From Candidatus Nealsonbacteria bacterium (GTDB lineage Bacteria > Patescibacteriota > Minisyncoccia > Minisyncoccales > JANBVM01): a stretch of 64,000 nt of DNA. The translations under genes and the position numbers were made by a program. The notes below the pieces were generated by a model that ran no database searches, was not told where the DNA came from, and was given only the letters and a program-made list of their open reading frames with translations. Each line of letters opens with the position of its first letter. Within the stretch, counting starts at the first letter, position 1. This document shows, in pieces, positions 8,734-17,396 of this stretch. Location of the stretch: assembly GCA_026016225.1 (NCBI GenBank), contig CP061210.1:66000-129999 (forward strand). Reading direction: 5' to 3'.

Positions 8734-9873
8734 TCAATCTTCTTCAATCCATTTCTGGTCCAGTCTCTCCTCTTTCTCTTTCTTGCCGGCTCTCCATTTT
8801 AAATTCGGGTCAGGCAATTCTTTAAATATCCTCCAACATTGGGGAGAAGGAGAAAAAGGGTCTCCAAAATGGGCATAGTTTATACACTTGGCACCCCCTT
8901 GACATTCATTAAAAAAGGGACAGTCCTGACAGACATCGTTGATATTGTTTAAGTTCCTTAATCTTTGAAGTTCCTTGGAATTATAGTAAATATTGCTGAA
9001 TGACTGCTTTAATAAGTTTCCCGAAAGCAGGGGCAGCCGCCGGCAGGGATAGATATCGCCATTGGGAAGAACAGTAAAGCTTGCGTAACCAGCAGAACAG
9101 CCGATAGGTAAATAATGCATTTCTTGAGCTAATATACCGTCCTCACAACCTATTCCAATATTAATTTTAGAATCTCTCTTTATTTTTAAAATATATAAAA
9201 ATAATTTTCTAACCTCTTCTGGGGTCAAAACCATCCCTTTTACTTCCTTGCTCCTTCCGAGAGGAACAAGCCGTCTAATACCCAAGAAATTAACTTTTAA
9301 ATCCTTGGCAAGATTAATTACAGCTGGTACATCCTGAATGTTTATCTTACTTACCGTCATAGAAATACCTATTGATATTCTTTCTTCTCTTAACAACTTA
9401 ATTGCTCTTATTATTTTTTCAAAAGTCCCTTTTCCCCTAATGTAATCGTTTGTTTTTTTAGTCCCTTCCAGACTTACCTGGATGTAGTCTACTTTTAAGT
9501 CTTTGAGTTTCTTTATAATACTTCGATTCAGCAAGGTCCCGTTGGTTAATATCCCATACTGGGTTATGTTTCGGTTCTCATAGCATTTTTCTAAAAGGTC
9601 AAAAAAATCCTTTCTTATGAATGGCTCTCCTCCGGTAAAGGATATTCGAACCGCTCGTTTGGGTAATTCCCACTTCTCAATTTGTTCTACGTATTGGTTT
9701 AAAATCCCAATCAGTTCCTGAAGAGATAACTCATTCTTTAAGAGTGCTGGGTCGCTATAACAATGTTTGCAATGGAGATTACATCTCTCTGTAATGTGCC
9801 ACTGAAGATGAAAAGATTTCGGTCTGAACATGTTTTTTCTCAAATAAACTATCCCCGGCTTCGTTTTACCCAT
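8734..9873 (-). CDS. Radical SAM/SPASM maturase, HxsC-like (B versus C assignment tentative)
   Basis: CNLHCKHC, TGGEPF, and the C-terminal cluster CSAG...PC...CQDCPFFNECQGGAKC. Its start overlaps the upstream rSAM gene by 25 nt. Confidence 0.75.
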   Translation of the reverse strand: MGKTKPGIVYLRKNMFRPKSFHLQWHITERCNLHCKHCYSDPALLKNELSLQELIGILNQYVEQIEKWELPKRAVRISFTGGEPFIRKDFFDLLEKCYENRNITQYGILTNGTLLNRSIIKKLKDLKVDYIQVSLEGTKKTNDYIRGKGTFEKIIRAIKLLREERISIGISMTVSKINIQDVPAVINLAKDLKVNFLGIRRLVPLGRSKEVKGMVLTPEEVRKLFLYILKIKRDSKINIGIGCEDGILAQEMHYLPIGCSAGYASFTVLPNGDIYPCRRLPLLSGNLLKQSFSNIYYNSKELQRLRNLNNINDVCQDCPFFNECQGGAKCINYAHFGDPFSPSPQCWRIFKELPDPNLKWRAGKKEKEERLDQKWIEED

Positions 9874-11303
9874 TGAAGGAAAATCTTTTTTACTTCTTCG
9901 TTTTCTATTTTTCTAAAGAGGTATTCAAACATTTCTTCATGTATCTTACACTGGTCAGTATTTCTGAATTGTGGAAAAAGGTTACCATAAAGAGCATAAG
10001 ACAAAACCGGACAGACCCCGCAATAGGGTTTATAGACACAATAGTCACACGATAAATTATCTAAGGTGGAAGCTGTAATCATTGTTTTGACTTTGGGGTT
10101 GGAAACTATCTCTTCATAAGCATCTTTATTTACATCTCCCAGCATGAAAGTGTCATCTTTTACCATTCTCCCCTCGTCACAAGTATAAACCCTACCATCA
10201 TAGTTATAAACCAACTGTCCAATCGCTGCTCCGCAGGGCGACCTTAAATCAAGAAACCCAGGATTTTCGTCTGTTAAAATCTTCTTCAGCATTATTGCCG
10301 CCCCTCTTTCATAAAAAAATCTCCCTCTGACATTGATTTCTATAATATAATCCATACTTTTTCTCCAAAACTCCATAAACTCCCTGGCCGAATAGCCAAT
10401 CTTTTCCTTAGCTGTTCCTCCTGAAAAACCCAAAAAGCTTAATGGTCTCAAATGAATACCCCTAAAACCCCACTTGTAATATTCTTCTACAATCTCCTTT
10501 GGATACTGAAGGGAGAACTTGGATATGGTGGTAAGGGCAGATAAGTGGTAGCGTCCCCGACCGCTCTTCTCCTCCTCTTTTTCTTCTTTTTTTATTTTAT
10601 CTATCCAGGAAGTGACAATCTGATAACTGTTTCCTTTTGTCCAAGGTCGATTTTTATTATGAAGCTCTTCAGGCCCATCTAAAGAAGTACAAAGACTTAC
10701 CTTTTTCTCAATGAAAAACCTGTATTTCTCTTCTGTCATTAGGCTGAGATTAGTAACCAAAGAAATTAAAAGTTTCTTTTTAACCTTCTTATTCTTTTTT
10801 CTTGCATATTCAACAATAAATTTTACCACCGGCCAGTTGACCAAAGGCTCTCCTCCTTGAAACTCTATGGTAATGATATCACTCGGGCTCTCAAACATCA
10901 TGTTCACCACATTCCTGGCTGTTTCTTTACTCATATCATATTGCTTTTCTTCCATCGGACGACGGCTGGCTTGACAATAAATACACTTAAAATTACATCT
11001 TAGGGTAACAACTACTATATGAAGAGAAGTTCCTTGGAATAAAAAACTGTTATAACAACGGTAGGTATCAATCATCTTGTCTATATCATAATCGTCCTTG
11101 ATAAATCCTTTCTCTTTTAATTCTTGATAAGTCTCGCTTTCTTCTTTTAATTTTCCCTTTATAAAATCTTTAAATTGAGCAGGTTTTAAAAATTTATAAA
11201 ATCCCACGTCATTAGTTAATAAATATTTATCATCTAATTTCTTAAAACGGCAAAAGGCTACCTTTTTAGTATTCAACTTAATTTTGTTTAAGTCTAATGG
11301 CAT
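9849..11303 (-). CDS. Radical SAM/SPASM maturase, HxsB-like (anaerobic sulfatase maturase-like fold)
   Basis: CNFKCIYCQA, QGGEPL, and the C-terminal cluster CGAA...CDEG...CDYCVYKPYCGVCP. An N-terminal extension of about 90 aa precedes the cluster motif. Confidence 0.75.
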   Translation of the reverse strand: MPLDLNKIKLNTKKVAFCRFKKLDDKYLLTNDVGFYKFLKPAQFKDFIKGKLKEESETYQELKEKGFIKDDYDIDKMIDTYRCYNSFLFQGTSLHIVVVTLRCNFKCIYCQASRRPMEEKQYDMSKETARNVVNMMFESPSDIITIEFQGGEPLVNWPVVKFIVEYARKKNKKVKKKLLISLVTNLSLMTEEKYRFFIEKKVSLCTSLDGPEELHNKNRPWTKGNSYQIVTSWIDKIKKEEKEEEKSGRGRYHLSALTTISKFSLQYPKEIVEEYYKWGFRGIHLRPLSFLGFSGGTAKEKIGYSAREFMEFWRKSMDYIIEINVRGRFFYERGAAIMLKKILTDENPGFLDLRSPCGAAIGQLVYNYDGRVYTCDEGRMVKDDTFMLGDVNKDAYEEIVSNPKVKTMITASTLDNLSCDYCVYKPYCGVCPVLSYALYGNLFPQFRNTDQCKIHEEMFEYLFRKIENEEVKKIFLQWVKRSRG

Positions 11304-11331
11304 AATAGTTATAAAAAATATTTAAAAGCTA

Positions 11332-11538
11332 CTACTTAAATCTTTTGGTTTCTGCCAGAACATAGTTGCAGAATTCATCCTTAATAAGAGCCTTAACGCT
11401 TTTCTCTATTCTACTTATATCAACCTTAATATTGTTCTTTTTTTCTTTAAGTTTAAAAACAGCCAGTTCGTCGTAGGCTTTAATAGCTTTTTTTATGGCT
11501 TCAAGCGAATAAAATTTTTTGTTAAAAAAAATAGTCAT
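11332..11538 (-). CDS. Small protein, HxsD-like (short paralog, 68 aa from the internal ATG)
   Basis: Begins MTIFFNKKFYSLEAIKKAIKAY and ends ...DEFCNYVLAETK. Its ATG overlaps the upstream stop as ATGA at 11535-11538. The track ORF extends to 11601. Confidence 0.45.
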   Translation of the reverse strand: MTIFFNKKFYSLEAIKKAIKAYDELAVFKLKEKKNNIKVDISRIEKSVKALIKDEFCNYVLAETKRFK

Positions 11539-11957
11539 AATGCTTTTTTTCCGTACTTCTCTTCCCAAGGAACCGCAATCCCTAAGGGGTCTTTTTGCCA
11601 ATCTTTTCTATCTGATTGTATTAATTTCTTGGTGTCCTCTCCCGATGCGCCTATTAAAGCAGCTCCCACTATGTATTCTCTGATTTTGCGGTTATCTTTT
11701 GAAATCTGACACCTCAGATTATAATTTAAAAGTTCATTTAAAAACTCATCTGCCAAAGCCCTTATTTCTTTCTTTGTAAGTTTCTTTTTCCCTTTTAGAC
11801 TAACATAAACTTCTTTTTTAGGGTCGCCGTCTAAAAAAATATAAGCCCGGTCTAAAAAAACATAAGCTGCACCATATAGAGCCTGTAAAGGGTAGAGCTT
11901 TGGGTTTACAGAAACAATTATTTTATTTTCTGATTTATGAATTTTTATTCTTGGCAT
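11535..11957 (-). CDS. Small protein, HxsD-like (140 aa)
   Basis: YPLQALYGAAYVFLDRAYIFL ... EFLNELLNYNLRCQI ... IREYIVGAAL resembles my recollection of the HxsD family pattern. It is the first gene of the string. Confidence 0.5.
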   Translation of the reverse strand: MPRIKIHKSENKIIVSVNPKLYPLQALYGAAYVFLDRAYIFLDGDPKKEVYVSLKGKKKLTKKEIRALADEFLNELLNYNLRCQISKDNRKIREYIVGAALIGASGEDTKKLIQSDRKDWQKDPLGIAVPWEEKYGKKAL

Positions 11958-12124
11958 TGTTTTATTAATATAAATTTTTGTTGGGTTTGTTCATTACTAT
12001 CCAGTATAAGACAAAAACTAACCATTGTAAATCTAACATTATTAATGTTTGAGTTTAAAAAATAATTTTATTTTTGAGTATAGCGAGAATCAATACCTCT
12101 GCGAAGATGGGTCTCGTATAGGTA

Positions 12125-12985
12125 TTAATAAGGAACGAGAAAATAGAATTCTACGGCACTTCTATCAATTTGACTCTTTAAGATATTATTCCTAAAAACC
12201 TTTATGTTTTCCCGAGATACTACAATTGTATCTGCATTCTCAAAATTCTTATATAAATTATTACGTAATGCGTTGCTTAAGATTTTATAACTTTGCTCCT
12301 CCTTTGATTTCTCCATTAACAGAAGAAGGGGGATTTCTTCTCTCATATCATAATTAGCACTGGAATTAGGAAACACTAAAACAGGAAAATGGCAATATTG
12401 GTATATTTTTTTATAAAAGTGTGGATAATTTGACTGAATTACTTTCGATATTGCTTTTGCTAATTTTAAACTCTTCTTACAATTAAGAGAGCAAGGGAAG
12501 TGATTTATTAAGTAAGCATTAGATACTAATCTTGCAAAAGGGTTAATCAGAAAAGGAAAACTTGAATCTTTGGTAATATTCATACATCCAAATATATCTT
12601 TGTTTGCCTTCATACACTCCATATATGAATCAATACAACAAGAGGGATAACCCATTAATCTGCCTAATTTTTCTGATTCATGGGGTATTTTAAATCTCTT
12701 AGGATTAAAAATATAAATACGGAACTCTCCTTTTCTTTTATCATTAATGTCTATACGTTTAAAATTTCCTTTTTTTCTTTCTTCTAAATCAAATTTAAAA
12801 TTAGATTTTACAACTGCCCAACCCAATTTTTTAACTATTTTTTGTAAATCCAAAAATCTACGTTCAGAACGTAAATCCAATTGAACAACTTTTCTAAGAT
12901 TATACTTTAAACTGATAAACTCTACCGCATTAAAGGGAGTAAAGGGATAATCTTCAAATTCTGAGACATTAGATATTCTTCGCAT
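12125..12985 (-). CDS. Hypothetical protein with GYPSCC and HFPCSLNC motifs (DUF483-like, from memory)
   Basis: Cys motifs MGYPSCCIDSY and HFPCSLNCKKS. No TM segments were seen. Confidence 0.35.
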   Translation of the reverse strand: MRRISNVSEFEDYPFTPFNAVEFISLKYNLRKVVQLDLRSERRFLDLQKIVKKLGWAVVKSNFKFDLEERKKGNFKRIDINDKRKGEFRIYIFNPKRFKIPHESEKLGRLMGYPSCCIDSYMECMKANKDIFGCMNITKDSSFPFLINPFARLVSNAYLINHFPCSLNCKKSLKLAKAISKVIQSNYPHFYKKIYQYCHFPVLVFPNSSANYDMREEIPLLLLMEKSKEEQSYKILSNALRNNLYKNFENADTIVVSRENIKVFRNNILKSQIDRSAVEFYFLVPY

Positions 12986-13056
12986 AAATTCTTTTTTTTT
13001 ATTTTAAAATTAGACTAAGACAGGAAGAGGACAGTCCCTCGTTAAGCCTCGTTAAG

Positions 13057-13911
13057 TTATACCACAAATAGCCGAAGAGAAAAGTCAATTATTTTTTCTC
13101 CAAAAAACATTGCCAGAAAGGTTCCCGTAACCAAAAATGGAGCAAATGGAACCTCTGATTTAAAACCTCTTTTACCACTAATAATTAACATTATTCCGAT
13201 TATTGCTCCTAAAAAAAAGCTTGAAAATAAAGCAACTAAAATGTTTGGGTAGCCGAGTAATAATCCCATAAAAAAAGCTAATTTTACATCTCCTATTCCC
13301 ATACCTTTTCCATTAGAAATCAGAACTATTGCCAAAAAAAATACTGCAGCTAAAACGGCAGAATACATAATGTTTAATATTTCGTATTTTAGATAATGAT
13401 TAAAAAAAATACTAACTACTAAATACCAGCTGCCAGCTGTAAATATAGCAGGATAAACTACTCTATCTGGAACAACATAGTGTTTAAGGTCATAAACAAA
13501 AATAATTATCAAGAAACAAGAAACAAGAAACAAGAAAAGAATATTTAAAAAGCTAAAAATAAGAAAACCAGTCGCTCCGCTCCTTGTAATTGCTTCGCAA
13601 TTAAGAAGCTCAAAAAACAGTGAGTCTATATTCTGTAATACTACTAATAAAAATAAAAAGCCGGTAGCGAGCTCCACCAAGGGATACTGCAGAGAAATGG
13701 GTTTTTTACAATATCGACACCGCCCTTTTAAAATCAGAAAACTCAAGAGCGGAATCAAATCCTGCCAATGTAAAGTATGTTTACAATAAGGACAATAAGA
13801 TTTTTTAACCAAAAAACTTTCTTTTTTTGAAAGTCGATAAATTATACAATTCAAAAAAGAACCAACAATCAACCCAAATATAAAGACAAAAAGATAAATT
13901 AAGGCTTTCAT
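13057..13911 (-). CDS. pilD: Prepilin peptidase (A24 family)
   Basis: CPYCKHTL...CRYCKKPISLQYPLVEL zinc motif and a polytopic membrane body with the GIGDVKL motif. Confidence 0.85.
   Translation of the reverse strand: MKALIYLFVFIFGLIVGSFLNCIIYRLSKKESFLVKKSYCPYCKHTLHWQDLIPLLSFLILKGRCRYCKKPISLQYPLVELATGFLFLLVVLQNIDSLFFELLNCEAITRSGATGFLIFSFLNILFLFLVSCFLIIIFVYDLKHYVVPDRVVYPAIFTAGSWYLVVSIFFNHYLKYEILNIMYSAVLAAVFFLAIVLISNGKGMGIGDVKLAFFMGLLLGYPNILVALFSSFFLGAIIGIMLIISGKRGFKSEVPFAPFLVTGTFLAMFFGEKIIDFSLRLFVV
13565..13605 (+). repeat. 41-nt hairpin element, copy A (inside the pilD coding sequence)
   Basis: aaaccagtcgctccgctccttgtaattgcttcgcaattaag. It encodes NCEAITRSGATGF within PilD. Confidence 0.8.
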
Positions 13912-13993
13912 TTTCTACATTGTATCATTTTCAAACTAAAATAAAAGTTGGCATAAAAATCCTGCCAACTTAGCAATTACAACAATATTATCC

Positions 13994-14449
13994 TTACTTA
14001 CAAGTATCAAGAACAGTAGGCTCAGTGCCAAGAGTGCTTATTCCAGAATCAGAAGCAGTAAAAAAATTACCATTTTCCAGAGTAGCATAGACACAATATT
14101 CTGGACCCGCATCAGAGCTGACGGGTGCACAGTAAGCGCCTTTGCTGCTATTGCAACCATGGCTGCCTCCTCCAGGATCTAGAGGCCAAGGGTCTAAATA
14201 AGTAGGAGTCGTGCTCGTACTGTTTATTCTCTTATTAGCATCTACTGTAATAGCAGGATATTGCACGTCATCACTATATTGCAACTCTAAGGCAGCAGCA
14301 ATCTGCCTGATATCAGACTGTCTTGCTACGTCCCTGGCTTTACTCCTGGCGCCACCTAAAGAAACCAAAACCAATCCGGATAAAACTCCAATAATGGCAA
14401 TAACCACCAATAGCTCAATTAAAGTAAAACCTTTATTCTTTTTAAACAT
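13994..14449 (-). CDS. Type IV pilin (prepilin with class III signal)
   Basis: MFKKNKGFTLIELLVVIAIIG. The start is taken at the internal ATG at 14449; the track ORF extends to 14488. Confidence 0.85.
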   Translation of the reverse strand: MFKKNKGFTLIELLVVIAIIGVLSGLVLVSLGGARSKARDVARQSDIRQIAAALELQYSDDVQYPAITVDANKRINSTSTTPTYLDPWPLDPGGGSHGCNSSKGAYCAPVSSDAGPEYCVYATLENGNFFTASDSGISTLGTEPTVLDTCK

Positions 14450-14471
14450 AGTGTTATTTATAATGCTATCC

Positions 14472-14939
14472 TTACTTACAAGTCTCAAGGTCAGTAGGAA
14501 TAGAACTAAGAGTGCTTATTCCAGAATCAGAAGCAGTAAACCAGTCATCATTTTCTAAAGCAGCAACGACACAATAGTCTCCCCCCGCAGAGCTAGTAAA
14601 TGCACAGTAAGCGCCCTGAGTGCTATTACAATCATGGCTGCCTCCTCCAGGATCCTGGGGCCAAGGCTTTAAATAAGTAGGAGTTATCGTTTCAAGGTTA
14701 GTGGTTATTCTCGCAAGAGTAGGCTCAGTACCTGCTGTAATAACAGGATATTCTCCATCATCACTGTATTGCAACTCTAAGGCAGCAGCAATCTGCCTGA
14801 TATCAGACTGTCTTGCTACGTCCCTGGCTTTACTCCTGGCACCACCTAAAGAAACTAAAACCAATCCAGATAAAGTTCCAATAATGGCAATAACTACCAA
14901 TAGCTCAATTAAAGTAAAACCTTTATTCTTTTTAAACAT
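14472..14939 (-). CDS. Type IV pilin, tandem paralog
   Basis: The N-terminal ~60 aa are nearly identical to the neighbour (one substitution). The middle is divergent, and DPGGGSH.CNS..GAYCA is shared. Confidence 0.85.
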   Translation of the reverse strand: MFKKNKGFTLIELLVVIAIIGTLSGLVLVSLGGARSKARDVARQSDIRQIAAALELQYSDDGEYPVITAGTEPTLARITTNLETITPTYLKPWPQDPGGGSHDCNSTQGAYCAFTSSAGGDYCVVAALENDDWFTASDSGISTLSSIPTDLETCK

Positions 14940-15107
14940 ATTGTTATTTATAATTATTTATAACGATTATTTCAGATAAATTTTTTGTTTAAAAAATTTC
15001 TATGGTGTGAATAACTTTTATTCGCATTGCTTTCTTTTATTTTCTAATTATAGCATTATTTTGTCAACCCCGGTAGAGAAATTTTGACTGACCTCGCCCC
15101 GAAAAAA

Positions 15108-16310
15108 TTAAATAGATATTGTTTGATAAAGAGGCATTAAAACAGAAAATATTAATCCTCCAACCAGACCTCCTAAAAGAATAATTAAAACGGGCTCTAA
15201 GATATTTAATATATTGGTGATTCCTCTCTCAACTTCTCCTTGATAAAAATCAGAGACCTCTTTTAAACTATTGGCTAAATTTCCTGTCTTTTCTCCAACC
15301 AAAGTCATTTGAATAAATAGAGGAGTAAAAATATCTGGAAAAAGGATTAAGACCGAAGAAGCCTGCTTTCCTTTTCTGACCTCGTCTCTAAGCAAAAAGA
15401 GAGCATTTTTATAAGTTGAGTTGCCGACGATATCAGCAGAAAGCTCAATAGCTTGAGTAATCATTAATCCTCCTGATAAAAGAATAGAAAGACTTTCTGC
15501 TAATCGAGAAAGATATAATGTTTTTAGAAAAGGACCAATAACGGGCAATTTAATTAAGATTTTATCAACAAAACTTTTTCCGCTTTCTGTTTTATAATAT
15601 CTGAAGAGTAAAAAGAAAAAAATAAAAAGCCCTAAAACAAAAAAAAGACTGTAATTCCTTAAAAATTCAGAAGAACTAATTACTATCTCGGTAAGTCTTG
15701 GTATTTCAGCTCCGGTTTCTTCAATCACAATTTTTAACTGAGGGATAATTGTATAAGTCATTAATCCTATAACCGAAACCGCCATTAAAAGAACTAAAGC
15801 AGGATACATAAGAGCTCCCTTTGTTTTAGATGTTAAATTGTATTCTTTTTCCAAGTACTCGGCTAAATAATCAAGAGATTCAGACAATTTACCTACTGTT
15901 TCTCCGGCTTTAACCATGGCAATATAAAGAAAGGAAAATGTCTCGGGATAACGTGAGAGGGCTTTGGAAAAAGAACTTCCTCCTTCTATTTCTTCTGATA
16001 GGTTTAAAATTTGCTCTCGAAGCTGTATATTTTTAGTCTGACCACCTAAAATCCTTAAAGCCTCAACAAGGGAAACTGCTGAACGAAACATCATTGACAG
16101 CTGTCTGGAAAATAGAACAATATCTTTCTGAGAAATTCCCCTTAACAACTCTATTTTCCTGGCGTAAAAAGGTATTTTGGCTTCTTCAAGATAAGTAACG
16201 TAATATCCATGCTTTTGTAAAAGAGAAAGAACAGCCTCTTTGGAAGAAGCTTCAACTACTCCGCTCTGAATTTCTCCTTTTTTAGTTCTGACCTGATAAT
16301 TAAACTTCAT
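15108..16310 (-). CDS. pilC: Type IV pilus platform protein (GspF/PilC family)
   Basis: 400 aa with a duplicated T2SS-F domain pattern and 3 TM blocks. Confidence 0.85.
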   Translation of the reverse strand: MKFNYQVRTKKGEIQSGVVEASSKEAVLSLLQKHGYYVTYLEEAKIPFYARKIELLRGISQKDIVLFSRQLSMMFRSAVSLVEALRILGGQTKNIQLREQILNLSEEIEGGSSFSKALSRYPETFSFLYIAMVKAGETVGKLSESLDYLAEYLEKEYNLTSKTKGALMYPALVLLMAVSVIGLMTYTIIPQLKIVIEETGAEIPRLTEIVISSSEFLRNYSLFFVLGLFIFFFLLFRYYKTESGKSFVDKILIKLPVIGPFLKTLYLSRLAESLSILLSGGLMITQAIELSADIVGNSTYKNALFLLRDEVRKGKQASSVLILFPDIFTPLFIQMTLVGEKTGNLANSLKEVSDFYQGEVERGITNILNILEPVLIILLGGLVGGLIFSVLMPLYQTISI

Positions 16311-16329
16311 GCGCTTCGCTTAATCTTAA

Positions 16330-17394
16330 TTATCTTATAAGCATTTTCAGTTCTTTTGGAATTAGAGAATAAATAAGAGCAGTTTCTAAGGAAACTTCTT
16401 TTCTTTTCACCAAATCAGATAAGGAGCGATTTAAAGAAATCATTCCCTGTTCCAGACTAGTCTCAATAACCGTTGGAATCTCGTGAACTTTATTTTCGCG
16501 GATTAGATTAGCAATGGCAGGATTACTAATCATTACTTCACAAGCAGGTATAATCCCTCCCTTAATTCTCGGAACTAATCTCTGGGAAATCACTCCTAAA
16601 AGAGAGCTCGAGATCTGAAACCTAATCTGGTTTTGCTGCTCGGGAGGAAAAGAATCAACAATTCGGTGAATTGTCTGAGCAGCAGAATTTGTATGAAGCG
16701 TAGTAAAAACTAAATGACCCGTTTCAGCTGCAGTAATGGCTGTGGACATTGTTTCTACATCTCTCATTTCTCCCAACATAATTACGTCAGGGTCTTGACG
16801 AAAAGTCGAACGAAGAGCTTTAGCAAAACTCAAAGTGTCCCGCCCCAACTCTCTTTGGTCAATAATAGATTTATCAGGAGTAAAAATATATTCAATAGGG
16901 TCTTCAATGGTAATGATATGGTCTGCACGAGTGTGGTTAATTTCATCAATTAAACTCGCCAAAGTGGTTGACTTTCCCTGAGAGGAAGGACCGCAAACTA
17001 AAACAAAACCTTGCTTGGCTCTGGTGAATTCATATAATACCGGAGGTAAATTAAGTTCACTAATAGTTTTGATTTTAACCGGCACTAATCTTAAGGCGCA
17101 GGAAACATATCCTTTCTGAAAAAATATATTTACTCTGAAACGAGACTTTTCTCTAAAGCCATAAGAGAAATCAATTTCTTTTTCTTTTAAAAATTCTTCT
17201 CTTTGCAGAGCATTCATAAGAGCAAAGGCAAGATTTTTTGTATCTTCAGGAGAAAGTTTTTTCTCCTTTATCAGGGGGACAAGCCGACCTGAAATTCTTA
17301 TAATAGGAGGGTGACCAACAGAAAGATGCAGGTCTGAAGCCTGTTCTTTAATTATTAATTCTAAGAGTTTTGCAAGTTGAGAATTATATGCCAT
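16330..17394 (-). CDS. pilT: Twitching motility (retraction) ATPase PilT
   Basis: GPSSQGKSTT Walker A, plus AHLVFTTLHTNSAAQTIHRIVD-like blocks. Confidence 0.85.
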   Translation of the reverse strand: MAYNSQLAKLLELIIKEQASDLHLSVGHPPIIRISGRLVPLIKEKKLSPEDTKNLAFALMNALQREEFLKEKEIDFSYGFREKSRFRVNIFFQKGYVSCALRLVPVKIKTISELNLPPVLYEFTRAKQGFVLVCGPSSQGKSTTLASLIDEINHTRADHIITIEDPIEYIFTPDKSIIDQRELGRDTLSFAKALRSTFRQDPDVIMLGEMRDVETMSTAITAAETGHLVFTTLHTNSAAQTIHRIVDSFPPEQQNQIRFQISSSLLGVISQRLVPRIKGGIIPACEVMISNPAIANLIRENKVHEIPTVIETSLEQGMISLNRSLSDLVKRKEVSLETALIYSLIPKELKMLIR

Positions 17395-17396
17395 AA

